Origin: Actinomycetes bacterium
GTDB lineage: Bacteria; Actinomycetota; Actinomycetes; S36-B12; UBA5976
DNA length: 36,858 nucleotides
NCBI GenBank assembly: GCA_046086025.1
Contig: JBJSWT010000046.1
Location: 1 to 36,858 of the forward strand
Direction of reading: 5' to 3'
Shown: piece after piece, positions 9,552 through 18,459 of the stretch
Layout of the letters: each line of letters begins with the position of its first letter
Position numbering within the stretch: position 1 is the first letter of the stretch
Position numbers and translations under genes: made by a program
The notes under the pieces: model-generated
Database searches by the model: none
Seen by the model: only the letters and a program-made list of their open reading frames with translations
What the model was told of the DNA's origin: nothing

Positions 9552-10300
9552 AAAAGTTCCAGAATAAAACAGCATTAGTTACCGGGGCTACATCTGGACT
9601 TGGTAAAGAAATTTCTTTAGAGTTAGCTCAAAATGGAGCAAATATTGTTATTCATTTCAATAAAAATCAAAAAGAAGCAGAACTTTTAGCAAAAGAAATA
9701 AATTCCTTTGGAGTTAAAAGCTATTTAATTCAAGAAGATTTTTCTAACGGTGATCTAGACGAAGTTTGTGGAAAATTTATTCAAAAAATAACAACTAATT
9801 TCAAACAAATAAATTATTTAATAAATAACGCAGCAGATCAATCATTAGATCCAACTGATCCAATGGATGAAACCATATTAAATTCGATCATGATGACAAA
9901 TGTTTTTGCACCTCAAGCATTGGTTAAAGCTTGTCTTGATCAATTTCCAGAAAATTCAGCAATTGTGAACATAACTTCAATTGAAGCAAATTTTCCTTTT
10001 CCAAATCATTCTTTATATGCAGCAAGCAAAGCTGCTCTTACCCGTTACACAGAACTTGCATCTATTGAGTTAGCAGAAAGAAAAATTAGATGTAATGCAG
10101 TTGCTCCCGGTCTTATTTATCGCGATGGTTTAGAAAAGTCTTGGCCAGAAGGACTAAAAAAATGGATCGAAAAAGCTCCGATTAAAAGACCAGTTACAGC
10201 AAGTGAAGTTGCAAAAACTGTTTCTTTTCTTTTAAGTGATGATGCATCTGGGATAACAGGAGTTTCTGTTACCGTTGATGGTGGTTGGAGCGTGGCATGA
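9548..10300 (+). CDS. Classical short-chain dehydrogenase/reductase, substrate unknown
   Basis: TGATSGLG, NNA, YAASK, NAVAPG and VDGG motifs. Confidence 0.9.
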   Translation: MKKFQNKTALVTGATSGLGKEISLELAQNGANIVIHFNKNQKEAELLAKEINSFGVKSYLIQEDFSNGDLDEVCGKFIQKITTNFKQINYLINNAADQSLDPTDPMDETILNSIMMTNVFAPQALVKACLDQFPENSAIVNITSIEANFPFPNHSLYAASKAALTRYTELASIELAERKIRCNAVAPGLIYRDGLEKSWPEGLKKWIEKAPIKRPVTASEVAKTVSFLLSDDASGITGVSVTVDGGWSVA

Positions 10301-11565
10301 ATTTTCAAGATTTGATTTACACCAAACGTGATGGTGGAGTTTTAAGTGAAGAACAAATTAGATGGTTCATTGATAAATTCACTAAGAATGAAATTCCAGA
10401 TGAACAAGCTGGATCTTTTCTTATGGCAGTTTTCTTTCGAGGTTTAAATAAAGAAGAACTAAATGTTTGGACAGATGCCATGATAAAAAGTGGCGAAAAA
10501 TTAGATTTATCAAAGGTAGGAAAACCAACTGTTGATAAACATTCCACAGGTGGAGTGGGAGATAAAATTTCACTTCCTCTTTGTCCTCTTGTTGCTTCTT
10601 TTGGTGCAGCAGTTCCTCAATTATCTGGCAGAGGTTTAGGAACTTTTGGTGGAACATTAGACAAAATGGAATCAGTTTCTGGTTTTAATATTTCACTATC
10701 AAATGAACAAATGATAAATCAATTAAAAAATGTTGGAGTTTTTATAACAGCAGCGGGAGTTGGACTCGCTCCAGCTGATAGAAAAATGTATTCATTTAGA
10801 GATGTAATAGGCGCAGTTGAATGTATTCCACTAATTGCATCCTCAATTATGAGTAAAAAAATAGCCGAAGGAACACAAAGTTTAGTTCTAGATGTAAAAG
10901 CCGGACGTGGTGCTTTTATGAAAGATTTTGCCAAGGCAAAACAATTGGCAGAAACAATGGTAGAAATCGGAAATAATGCGGGAGTAAAAACGGTTGCTTT
11001 AATTACTCAAATGGAAACACCTCTTGGAAATGCTGTGGGAAATGCATTAGAGGTAAGTGAATCAATTGATGTGTTAAATGGAAAAGGTCCAAGTGATGTT
11101 ATTGAAATAACATTGGCATTAGCAAAAGAAATGTTAACTCTTGCAGGAATTGATAAAGATCCTGCAGAAGGATTAAAAAATGGATCTGCGTTTAATGTTT
11201 GGAAAAATATGATTAAAGCTCAAGGTGGAAATCCTGAAGCAGAAATTCCTATGGCAAATAAAAAAGAATTTATTTTGGCAAATAAAAGTGGTTACATAAC
11301 TGATTTAAATGCCTATTCAATTGGATTATCTGCCTGGAGATTAGGTGCAGGAAGAGCTAAAAAGGAAGACGCTGTTTCAAAAACAGCTGGAATAATGTGT
11401 TTAGCAAAAGAAGGTGATTTTGTTGAAAAAGATCAACCAGTTTTGGAATTACATATAGATGATGAAACTCGAACCAATTCTGCAAAAGATGCTTTAGTTA
11501 ATGCTTTTGAAATAGGTCCTGAGCCTAAAGAAAAAAGAAAAATTGTCCTAGAACGTATCTCTTGA
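10297..11565 (+). CDS. deoA: Thymidine/pyrimidine-nucleoside phosphorylase
   Basis: DKHSTGGVGDK, SGRGLG..GGT, RD and ASSIMSKK motifs. ATG 10297 overlaps the SDR stop (ATGA); the track start is TTG 10285. Confidence 0.95.
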   Translation: MNFQDLIYTKRDGGVLSEEQIRWFIDKFTKNEIPDEQAGSFLMAVFFRGLNKEELNVWTDAMIKSGEKLDLSKVGKPTVDKHSTGGVGDKISLPLCPLVASFGAAVPQLSGRGLGTFGGTLDKMESVSGFNISLSNEQMINQLKNVGVFITAAGVGLAPADRKMYSFRDVIGAVECIPLIASSIMSKKIAEGTQSLVLDVKAGRGAFMKDFAKAKQLAETMVEIGNNAGVKTVALITQMETPLGNAVGNALEVSESIDVLNGKGPSDVIEITLALAKEMLTLAGIDKDPAEGLKNGSAFNVWKNMIKAQGGNPEAEIPMANKKEFILANKSGYITDLNAYSIGLSAWRLGAGRAKKEDAVSKTAGIMCLAKEGDFVEKDQPVLELHIDDETRTNSAKDALVNAFEIGPEPKEKRKIVLERIS

Positions 11566-11660
11566 AACTCTTGTTAACACTAGTAACATTTGTTTCATAA
11601 CGCTTTTATCACGTAATTGAATTCACCTAGATATATAGAAAAAAATTAACCTTCGTAGCG

Positions 11661-11695
11661 TAGGGTTTAAGCATCAGTCGTATTTTGCAACTGAT
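11661..11695 (+). promoter_or_regulatory. Putative -10 element and 5' leader hairpin of the ABC transporter operon
   Basis: TAGGGT at 11661-11666 is followed by an ATCAGT...ACTGAT inverted repeat. AAGGAG precedes ATG 11741. Confidence 0.4.
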
Positions 11696-11740
11696 TCAAA
11701 AAGTTCCCACAAGGAATGACAACAAAAGGAGCAATACTAA

Positions 11741-12814
11741 ATGCAACGTATGCGCACGTTGGCAGGAATTTCAATTCTTGCTTTAGTACTAGCAGCATGC
11801 AGTAGCGGAGCATCAGACACAGCAGCAGAAGGTGGCATGGAAGAAACCACCGCAGCAGTTGCTGATGATTCAAACTGCGCAGCAGCTGAAAGTTTCTGTG
11901 TTGGTCTTGTAACTGACATTGGCAAGGTTGATGACAAATCATTCAACCAATCTGCACATGAAGGTGCAATGGCAGCAGCAGCTGAAGTTGGCGGTTTCTA
12001 TAAATATATTGAAACAACTGACACCAAAGACTATGCAGCAAACATGAAGCAATTCACCGATAAGTCTTACGACGTAATTGTTACCGTCGGATTCTTAATG
12101 GCAGAAGCAACAGTTGTTGCAGCAAAAGAAAATCCAAACACTAAATTTATTGGTGTAGATCAATTCCAAGGCGAAGAAGTTGCAAACGTAACAGGTTTGA
12201 TTTTCCCTGAAGATCAAGCTGGTTATGCAGCAGGTTACTTAGCAGGATTACTAACCAAAACAAATAAACTTGGTCAAGTTCTAGGTCTAGAAATTGCACC
12301 AGTTCAAAAATTTGCTAAAGGTTTTGAAGCAGGCGCAAAAGCAGCTAACGCAAATGTAAGCGTTACAACTGTTTACCATCCACCTGCAGATAATGGTTTC
12401 GCTGATCCTGTATGGGGTGCAGCAGAAGCTAAGAAGCAATTGTCACAAGGTGCCGACATTATTTTCGGTGCTGGTGGTGGAACCGGTAACGGTGCACTAA
12501 TTGAAATTGCTAAAGCTGAAGGTGCAGGAACTTCAATCTTTTGTATCGGTGTTGACACTGATCAATGGGGAACAGTTCCAGAAGCACAACCATGCTTAGT
12601 TACATCAGCAATGAAAGGTTTAACTGAAGGAACTTCAGACCTAGTAAAAGCTGTATTTGATGGAACCATCAAAGGTGGAAACTTCTTAGGAACCACCGGT
12701 TTAGCTGACTACCATGATTTAGCATCAGCAGTTCCTGCAGATGTTCAATCAAAGGTTGCTGAAGTTGTAGCTGGATTAAAAGACGGCTCAATTCAAACTG
12801 GTGTGACTCTCTAG
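11741..12814 (+). CDS. BMP/PnrA family nucleoside-binding lipoprotein of an ABC transporter
   Basis: Lipobox LAAC; DDKSFNQSA, GVD, IGVDTDQ and TSAMK motifs. Confidence 0.92.
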   Translation: MQRMRTLAGISILALVLAACSSGASDTAAEGGMEETTAAVADDSNCAAAESFCVGLVTDIGKVDDKSFNQSAHEGAMAAAAEVGGFYKYIETTDTKDYAANMKQFTDKSYDVIVTVGFLMAEATVVAAKENPNTKFIGVDQFQGEEVANVTGLIFPEDQAGYAAGYLAGLLTKTNKLGQVLGLEIAPVQKFAKGFEAGAKAANANVSVTTVYHPPADNGFADPVWGAAEAKKQLSQGADIIFGAGGGTGNGALIEIAKAEGAGTSIFCIGVDTDQWGTVPEAQPCLVTSAMKGLTEGTSDLVKAVFDGTIKGGNFLGTTGLADYHDLASAVPADVQSKVAEVVAGLKDGSIQTGVTL

Positions 12815-12842
12815 TCAAAACAGTTAATTAGCGACAGAATGT

Positions 12843-12875
12843 AAGTGGGACGCAAGATTTCCTTGCGTCCCACTT
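12843..12875 (+). terminator. Intra-operon 14-bp stem-loop (partial terminator or mRNA stabiliser)
   Basis: Perfect inverted repeat AAGTGGGACGCAAG-ATTTC-CTTGCGTCCCACTT followed by TCTT, between the binding protein and first permease genes. Confidence 0.8.
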
Positions 12876-12902
12876 TCTTAAGTTAAGAACGGAATTTTTT
12901 AA

Positions 12903-13997
12903 TTGAGTCTGGAACAAAAAGAAAAAAAATCAGATAAATTTTCTTTCTTTGTAAAAAATCAATCAATAGTTGTTCCAATAGTTGCATTAATTGTTGCTTT
13001 TTTACTTGGTGCAATTCTTATTGCATTTCAAGGTGTAAATCCCATAACTGCCTATAGATCTATCTTTTCAGAGGCTTGGTTTGACTCAGATGGATTATTA
13101 AGAACTTTTCAAAAAACTACTCCATTAGTTCTTGCAGGTTTAGCAGTTACAGTTGCGTTAAGAATTGGATTATTTAATATAGGTGCACAAGGTCAGTTGA
13201 TCTCTGCAGCACTTGCTGCAGCACTTGCAGGAATTTATTTTTCTAATTTGCCAGCAATATTGCATGTTTTTGTTTCACTATTAAGTGGAGTAATTGTTGG
13301 CGCTTTGTGGGCTGCAATTGCTGGTGTTTTAAAAGCCTATAGAGGAGTTCACGAAGTAATTTCAACAATCATGCTAAATAGCATTGCAATTGGAATTTTA
13401 GATTACTTAGTAAGTAATCCATTTAAAGAACCAGATCAAGCTCTGCAAAGAACCAAAAAAATTGCTGAAACTGCAATGCTTCCTAATTTCGGATTTATTC
13501 CTTTAGGCTTTATCTTTGCAATTGCTGTCACCTTACTTATTTCATGGTTTTTAAATAAAACCACGGCTGGATTTAGATTCAATACTGTTGGAAAAAATAA
13601 GTTTGCTGCAGTTTATGCGGGCATAAATACTAAGTTGATGATCATTACAGGAATGCTTTTAAGTGGTGGCTTAGCAGGTTTAGGTGGAGCAATTGAAACT
13701 CTTGGAATTACTTACCGATTTGAACCAGCATTTAATGCTGGACTTGGATTTGATGGCATAACTATTGCACTTCTTGCTAGAGCTAATCCTTTAGCCACAA
13801 TTCCTGCAGCAGTTTTAGTAGGAACATTAAGAGCAGGTGCTGCCTCACTGCAATTTGAAACCGGTATCGAACCTGAAATCGTTGATGTTTTGCTAGCAAT
13901 AACTCTACTTCTAGTTTCAGCACCAATTTTGGCAAAATTCTTGTTTAAAAATAAAGCTCAAAAGAATGCCAATGTAACAAGTGGATGGGGAAGTTAA
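12903..13997 (+). CDS. Nucleoside ABC transporter permease (NupB/NupP-like)
   Basis: GLFNIGAQGQ, HEVISTIMLN and GFDGITIALL motifs. Confidence 0.92.
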   Translation: MSLEQKEKKSDKFSFFVKNQSIVVPIVALIVAFLLGAILIAFQGVNPITAYRSIFSEAWFDSDGLLRTFQKTTPLVLAGLAVTVALRIGLFNIGAQGQLISAALAAALAGIYFSNLPAILHVFVSLLSGVIVGALWAAIAGVLKAYRGVHEVISTIMLNSIAIGILDYLVSNPFKEPDQALQRTKKIAETAMLPNFGFIPLGFIFAIAVTLLISWFLNKTTAGFRFNTVGKNKFAAVYAGINTKLMIITGMLLSGGLAGLGGAIETLGITYRFEPAFNAGLGFDGITIALLARANPLATIPAAVLVGTLRAGAASLQFETGIEPEIVDVLLAITLLLVSAPILAKFLFKNKAQKNANVTSGWGS

Positions 13998-13999
13998 TA

Positions 14000-14989
14000 A
14001 TGGATTTTATAAGAGAAAATAAAAAACCAATTATTACTTTAATTTTAGTAGCCATTGTTGCTTACACTTTTTACTTTTTAGATGAAATAAAAACAACATC
14101 TGTCTTAGTTTTCGGTTGGGGATATGCAGTTCCCTTAGTTCTTGCTGCAATGGTTGGAATTATTGGTGAAAGAACAGGTGTTGTAAATATTGGCATCGAA
14201 GGTCAAATGTTGATGGCAGCATTTGCTAGTTTCTTTGGCTCAGTTTTTACAGGAAATATTTATCTTGGAATTTTGATTGGTATTTCAGCTGGTTTGTTAA
14301 TGGGAGCATTTTTAGCTGTAGCTGCTGTTAAATGGGAAATGGATCAAATAATTGCTGGCGTTGTCATAAATATTGTCGCTGCAGGTTTAACATCATTTTT
14401 TTACGCTCAAGGAAAAACTCTTCCAGATTTAATGCCTGTTGTTTCAATTCCTTTGCTTAGTCAAATTCCATTAATTGGACCTGTGTTTTTTAGAAATGGT
14501 TTATTTGCACTTTCCACACTATTTATAGTTGCCGCTGTTTATTATGGATTATTTAAAACAAGATGGGGCTTAAGAAGTAGAGCAGTTGGAGAATATCCAA
14601 GTGCTGCAGATGCAGCAGGAATAAATGTCACAAGGATTCGCATGCTAAACGTAACTTTTGCAGGAGCTTTAGCAGGTTGTGCCGGTGCATTTTTAGCACT
14701 TGAAGCAGCTGGAACTTTTGCTAGAGGAATTACTGCTGGCCGAGGATTTTTAGCATTAGCCATCATGATTTTTGGTGCTTGGAATCCACTCGGAGCACTT
14801 GCCGCAGCATTGTTTTTTGGTTTATCAACAGCAATTGCAAGTCAATTACAAGCAGATGAAGTAATAAATATTCCTCAACAATTTGTTAATTTGCTCCCAT
14901 TTGTAATGACACTTGTTGTTTTAGCGATCGCAGTAGGAAGAGTAAGACCGCCTGCGGCAGCTGGTCAGCCTTACACAAAGGAAGGCTAG
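14000..14989 (+). CDS. Nucleoside ABC transporter permease (NupC/NupQ-like)
   Basis: ERTGVVNIGIEGQM, GLRSRAVGE.P.AA, GRGFLALA and P.A.G.PY motifs. The track start is 13985; ATG 14000 is more likely. Confidence 0.92.
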   Translation: MDFIRENKKPIITLILVAIVAYTFYFLDEIKTTSVLVFGWGYAVPLVLAAMVGIIGERTGVVNIGIEGQMLMAAFASFFGSVFTGNIYLGILIGISAGLLMGAFLAVAAVKWEMDQIIAGVVINIVAAGLTSFFYAQGKTLPDLMPVVSIPLLSQIPLIGPVFFRNGLFALSTLFIVAAVYYGLFKTRWGLRSRAVGEYPSAADAAGINVTRIRMLNVTFAGALAGCAGAFLALEAAGTFARGITAGRGFLALAIMIFGAWNPLGALAAALFFGLSTAIASQLQADEVINIPQQFVNLLPFVMTLVVLAIAVGRVRPPAAAGQPYTKEG

Positions 14990-14995
14990 TTCAAA

Positions 14996-16507
14996 TTGAA
15001 TCAGCCACTAATTGAAGCAAAAAACTTAGTCAAAAAATTTCCTGGAGTTTTGGCAAACGATAACGTCTCTTTAACTTTAAATAAAGGTGAAATAGTTGCT
15101 TTGCTTGGTGAAAATGGTGCAGGAAAATCAACTTTAGTAAAAATGATTTATGGCCTTTATGGTGCAGATGAAGGTGAATTATTTATAAAAGGTGAAAAAG
15201 TAAATATGAAATCACCAGCTGATGCGATAGCTCGAGGTATTGGCATGGTGCACCAACACTTTCAATTAGTACCAGTTATGAGTGTTGCAGAAAATATTGC
15301 ACTAGGTGCAGAAAAAACTAGGGGAATTAATTTTGATTTAGAGGCAGCAGAAAAAGAAGTTGCACAGTTATCCAAAGATTATGGCTTAGAAGTTGATCCA
15401 ACTGCCCGAATCGAAGATTTACCTGTTGGCATGCAACAAAGAGTTGAGATTTTGAAAATGCTTTATAGAAAAGCCGATATTTTAATTATGGATGAACCAA
15501 CAGCTGTTTTGACTCCGCAAGAAACTGATGAATTGTTAAAAACAATGAAAAGTTTTGCGGAAAAAGGTGTGGGTGTAATTTTTATTACCCATAAATTACG
15601 CGAAGTTTTAGCAGTTGCAGATCGTGTTGTGGTTTTAAGAAATGGAAAAGTTGTAGGAACCACGGAACCAAAAAACACAGATCAAGAAGGACTTGCAACC
15701 ATGATGGTTGGAAGAAGTGTTGTTTTAGATGTTCAAAAATCAGTTGCTAAACCAAATGATGTGATCTTAAAAGTAAGTAATTTAAATGTCACAGATGATA
15801 GAAAATTACTTGCAGTAAAAGATTTATCTCTTGAAGTTAGAGCTGGTGAAATTCTTGGGATAGCAGGAGTTGAAGGAAATGGGCAAAGAGAATTAGTTCA
15901 AGCAATAACTGGCTTAAGAAAAATTGATTCAGGAACAGTTCTAATAAACAACGTGGATGCCACGAAATTAAGCCCTCATAAAATTCATGAATTAGGTGTT
16001 GCACATGTTCCTGAAGATAGAGAAAAAGATGGATTAGTTGCTGGATATTCGATTGCTGATAATTCTGTTTTAAACAGATTTGATGAAAAAGAATTCTCAA
16101 AAGCAGGAGTTAGACAATTTGGGGCAATTAGAGCTTTAGCAAAGAAATTAGTGGAAAAATTTGATGTAAGAACACCTTCAATTGATACTTCTGCCGGATC
16201 TTTATCCGGTGGTAATAAACAAAAATTAGTTATCGCAAGAGAACTAATTTGGAATCCAAAACTATTAATTGCTGCTCAACCTACCCGTGGAGTAGATGTT
16301 GGTTCCATTGAATTTATTCATAACCAAATAGTGGCAGCAAGAGACTCAGGATCGGCTGTTTTGTTAGTTTCTGCAGAACTAGATGAAGTTTTAGGTTTAG
16401 CAGATCGAGTAGCAGTTATGTATGCAGGAAAAATTGTTAAAATATTAGATGAAAAAGATGCTGAAAGAAATAAAGTAGGAAGATTAATGGCCGGCGGAGA
16501 CGCCTAA
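14996..16507 (+). CDS. Nucleoside ABC transporter ATP-binding protein (CUT2 family, two NBDs)
   Basis: GENGAGKST, DEPT, LSGGNKQK and QPTRGVD motifs. Confidence 0.95.
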   Translation: MNQPLIEAKNLVKKFPGVLANDNVSLTLNKGEIVALLGENGAGKSTLVKMIYGLYGADEGELFIKGEKVNMKSPADAIARGIGMVHQHFQLVPVMSVAENIALGAEKTRGINFDLEAAEKEVAQLSKDYGLEVDPTARIEDLPVGMQQRVEILKMLYRKADILIMDEPTAVLTPQETDELLKTMKSFAEKGVGVIFITHKLREVLAVADRVVVLRNGKVVGTTEPKNTDQEGLATMMVGRSVVLDVQKSVAKPNDVILKVSNLNVTDDRKLLAVKDLSLEVRAGEILGIAGVEGNGQRELVQAITGLRKIDSGTVLINNVDATKLSPHKIHELGVAHVPEDREKDGLVAGYSIADNSVLNRFDEKEFSKAGVRQFGAIRALAKKLVEKFDVRTPSIDTSAGSLSGGNKQKLVIARELIWNPKLLIAAQPTRGVDVGSIEFIHNQIVAARDSGSAVLLVSAELDEVLGLADRVAVMYAGKIVKILDEKDAERNKVGRLMAGGDA

Positions 16508-16510
16508 ATA

Positions 16511-17617
16511 ATGGATGAAAAATTAACTTTTGAAGTTCTAAAAACTGTTCCAAAAGTACTTCTTCACGATCATTTAGATGGGGGAGTAAGACCAAGCACT
16601 GTTGCTGATTTAGCAATTAAAAATGGTTATAAAGATTTACCAACTACTGATCCAGTTGAATTAGCGAAATGGTTTAGACAAGCTTGCGATTCAGGTTCGT
16701 TAGAAAAATATTTAGAAACTTTTGTTCACACCGTGGGGGTGATGCAAACTGTTGAAAGCATAAAAAGAGTGGCCTTTGAAGCAGGTGAAGATTTAGCAAA
16801 TGATGGTGTTGTTTATGCAGAAATAAGATTTGCACCAGAACTTCACCAAAATAATGGATTAACACTAGATCAAGTAGTTGAAGCAGTTATCTCTGGATTT
16901 AATCAGGCTGAATTGCAAATGAGAAGTCAAGGAAAGCCAATAGTTATAAGAGCACTATTAACTGCGATGAGAACTGCAGCAAGATCTAGTGAAATTGCTG
17001 AATTAGCAGTTAAGTGGAGAGAAAAAGGTGTGGTTGGTTTTGATATCGCAGGCAAAGAAGCAGGTTTTCCACCAACTAGGCATTTAGATGCATTCGATGC
17101 TGTAAGAAGAGCAAATTTTCATATGACAATTCATGCTGGTGAAGCTTTTGGTTTACCTTCAATATGGGAAGCTGTACAAATTTGTGGCACTGATCGCTTA
17201 GGTCATGGAGTAAGAATTGTTGATGATTTAAGTTTTCAATCAAATGGTGAAATTAAATTAGGTGAATTATCTGCATACGTAAGAGATAAAAGAGTACCTT
17301 TGGAACTTTGTCCCTCATCAAATATTCAAACCGGTGCTGCCAAAAGCATTAAAGAACATCCCATTGGCGTTTTAACTAAATTAGGTTTTCGAGCCACAGT
17401 TAATACTGATAATCGTTTAATGTCTGATACATCTATGACTAAAGAAATGTATTTGTTAGTAACGGAACTAGATTTTACTTTAAAACAGTTACAATGGCTT
17501 AGTGTAAATGCCATGAAAAGTGCATTTATCCCTTTTGATCAAAGACTAAAATTGATTAATGAAACAATAAAACCAAAATATGCTCAAATTGCTAAAGATT
17601 TAAGTATTTCTTTTTAA
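16511..17617 (+). CDS. add: Adenosine deaminase
   Basis: [27 protein letters not shown] and NTDN motifs. Confidence 0.95.
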   Translation: MDEKLTFEVLKTVPKVLLHDHLDGGVRPSTVADLAIKNGYKDLPTTDPVELAKWFRQACDSGSLEKYLETFVHTVGVMQTVESIKRVAFEAGEDLANDGVVYAEIRFAPELHQNNGLTLDQVVEAVISGFNQAELQMRSQGKPIVIRALLTAMRTAARSSEIAELAVKWREKGVVGFDIAGKEAGFPPTRHLDAFDAVRRANFHMTIHAGEAFGLPSIWEAVQICGTDRLGHGVRIVDDLSFQSNGEIKLGELSAYVRDKRVPLELCPSSNIQTGAAKSIKEHPIGVLTKLGFRATVNTDNRLMSDTSMTKEMYLLVTELDFTLKQLQWLSVNAMKSAFIPFDQRLKLINETIKPKYAQIAKDLSISF

Positions 17618-18459
17618 AATCCTCTAGGGTGCCAAACAGTTTTAGTTTCTAAAAATGATTTTATTCTGGTTAAGTCATCAATTTTAGAGTTTGGTCTAAT
17701 TACTCTTTTTAGGTTGCTTGCACAATCTTTTTCTAAACTTAAAGCTAGTTTTCTATCAATTACTCCAGTTAAATCAAAAGCATTTACATCTAAATGTGTT
17801 GCAAGCCATGGTGCTATTTCTTCATAGTCACCCGTCAAAATATTTACAACTCCTGCAGGAACATCACTTGTTGCAATAACTTCAGAAAGTGTTATTGCGG
17901 TTAATGGTTGAGTTTTTGAAGCGATCACGATGCAAGTATTTCCACTTAGAATAATTGATCCAATAGTTTTCACTAAATTAAGTAGAGGTTGTTCCTTGCC
18001 ACTAACTGCAGCAACTACGCCAGTTGGTTCAGGAACTGAAAAATCAAAGAAAGGACCAGCAACTGGATTGTTTGAACCTGTAACCATGGCAAGTTTGTCA
18101 GTCCAACCTGCAAACCAAACCATTTTGTCTATGGCATCTTGAACTTCCATTTTTACTTGAGATTTATTTTTATTCCATAACGAAAGTTCTTCTACAAATT
18201 GGTCAAATCTTCCTTGCATCATTTCAGATATTCGATAAAGAACTTGACCTCTGTTGTAAGCAGTTGCTTCTGACCATTTACTAAAAGCACTTCGTGCAGC
18301 AACAACAGCATCGCGGGCATCTTTTCTTGAGCCAAGAGCTACGTTTGCTACAAAGTTTTTATTCTTATCGAAAACTTCATAAGTTCTACCTGATTCAGAT
18401 CTAGGAAATGCTCCACCTATAAATAATTTGGCAGTTCTTTTAACGTCTAAATTAGTCAT
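17614..18459 (-). CDS. Truncated aldehyde dehydrogenase (Rossmann domain only, ALDH16 C-terminal-like)
   Basis: 281 aa with the N-terminal ALDH fold ([14 protein letters not shown]), jumping to KTVWHP. There is no ELGG motif or catalytic Cys. Confidence 0.85.
   Translation of the reverse strand: MTNLDVKRTAKLFIGGAFPRSESGRTYEVFDKNKNFVANVALGSRKDARDAVVAARSAFSKWSEATAYNRGQVLYRISEMMQGRFDQFVEELSLWNKNKSQVKMEVQDAIDKMVWFAGWTDKLAMVTGSNNPVAGPFFDFSVPEPTGVVAAVSGKEQPLLNLVKTIGSIILSGNTCIVIASKTQPLTAITLSEVIATSDVPAGVVNILTGDYEEIAPWLATHLDVNAFDLTGVIDRKLALSLEKDCASNLKRVIRPNSKIDDLTRIKSFLETKTVWHPRGF

Noticed and set aside
11648-11667. AACCTT-N8-AGGGTT resembling the glpD palindrome (similar sequence near 35712-35730)
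   Set aside because: The spacing differs at each site and the right half is explained by the TAGGGT -10 box.
17614-18459. Calling the short ALDH a pseudogene
   Set aside because: It is an intact coupled ORF with a precise domain deletion matching ALDH16 architecture.
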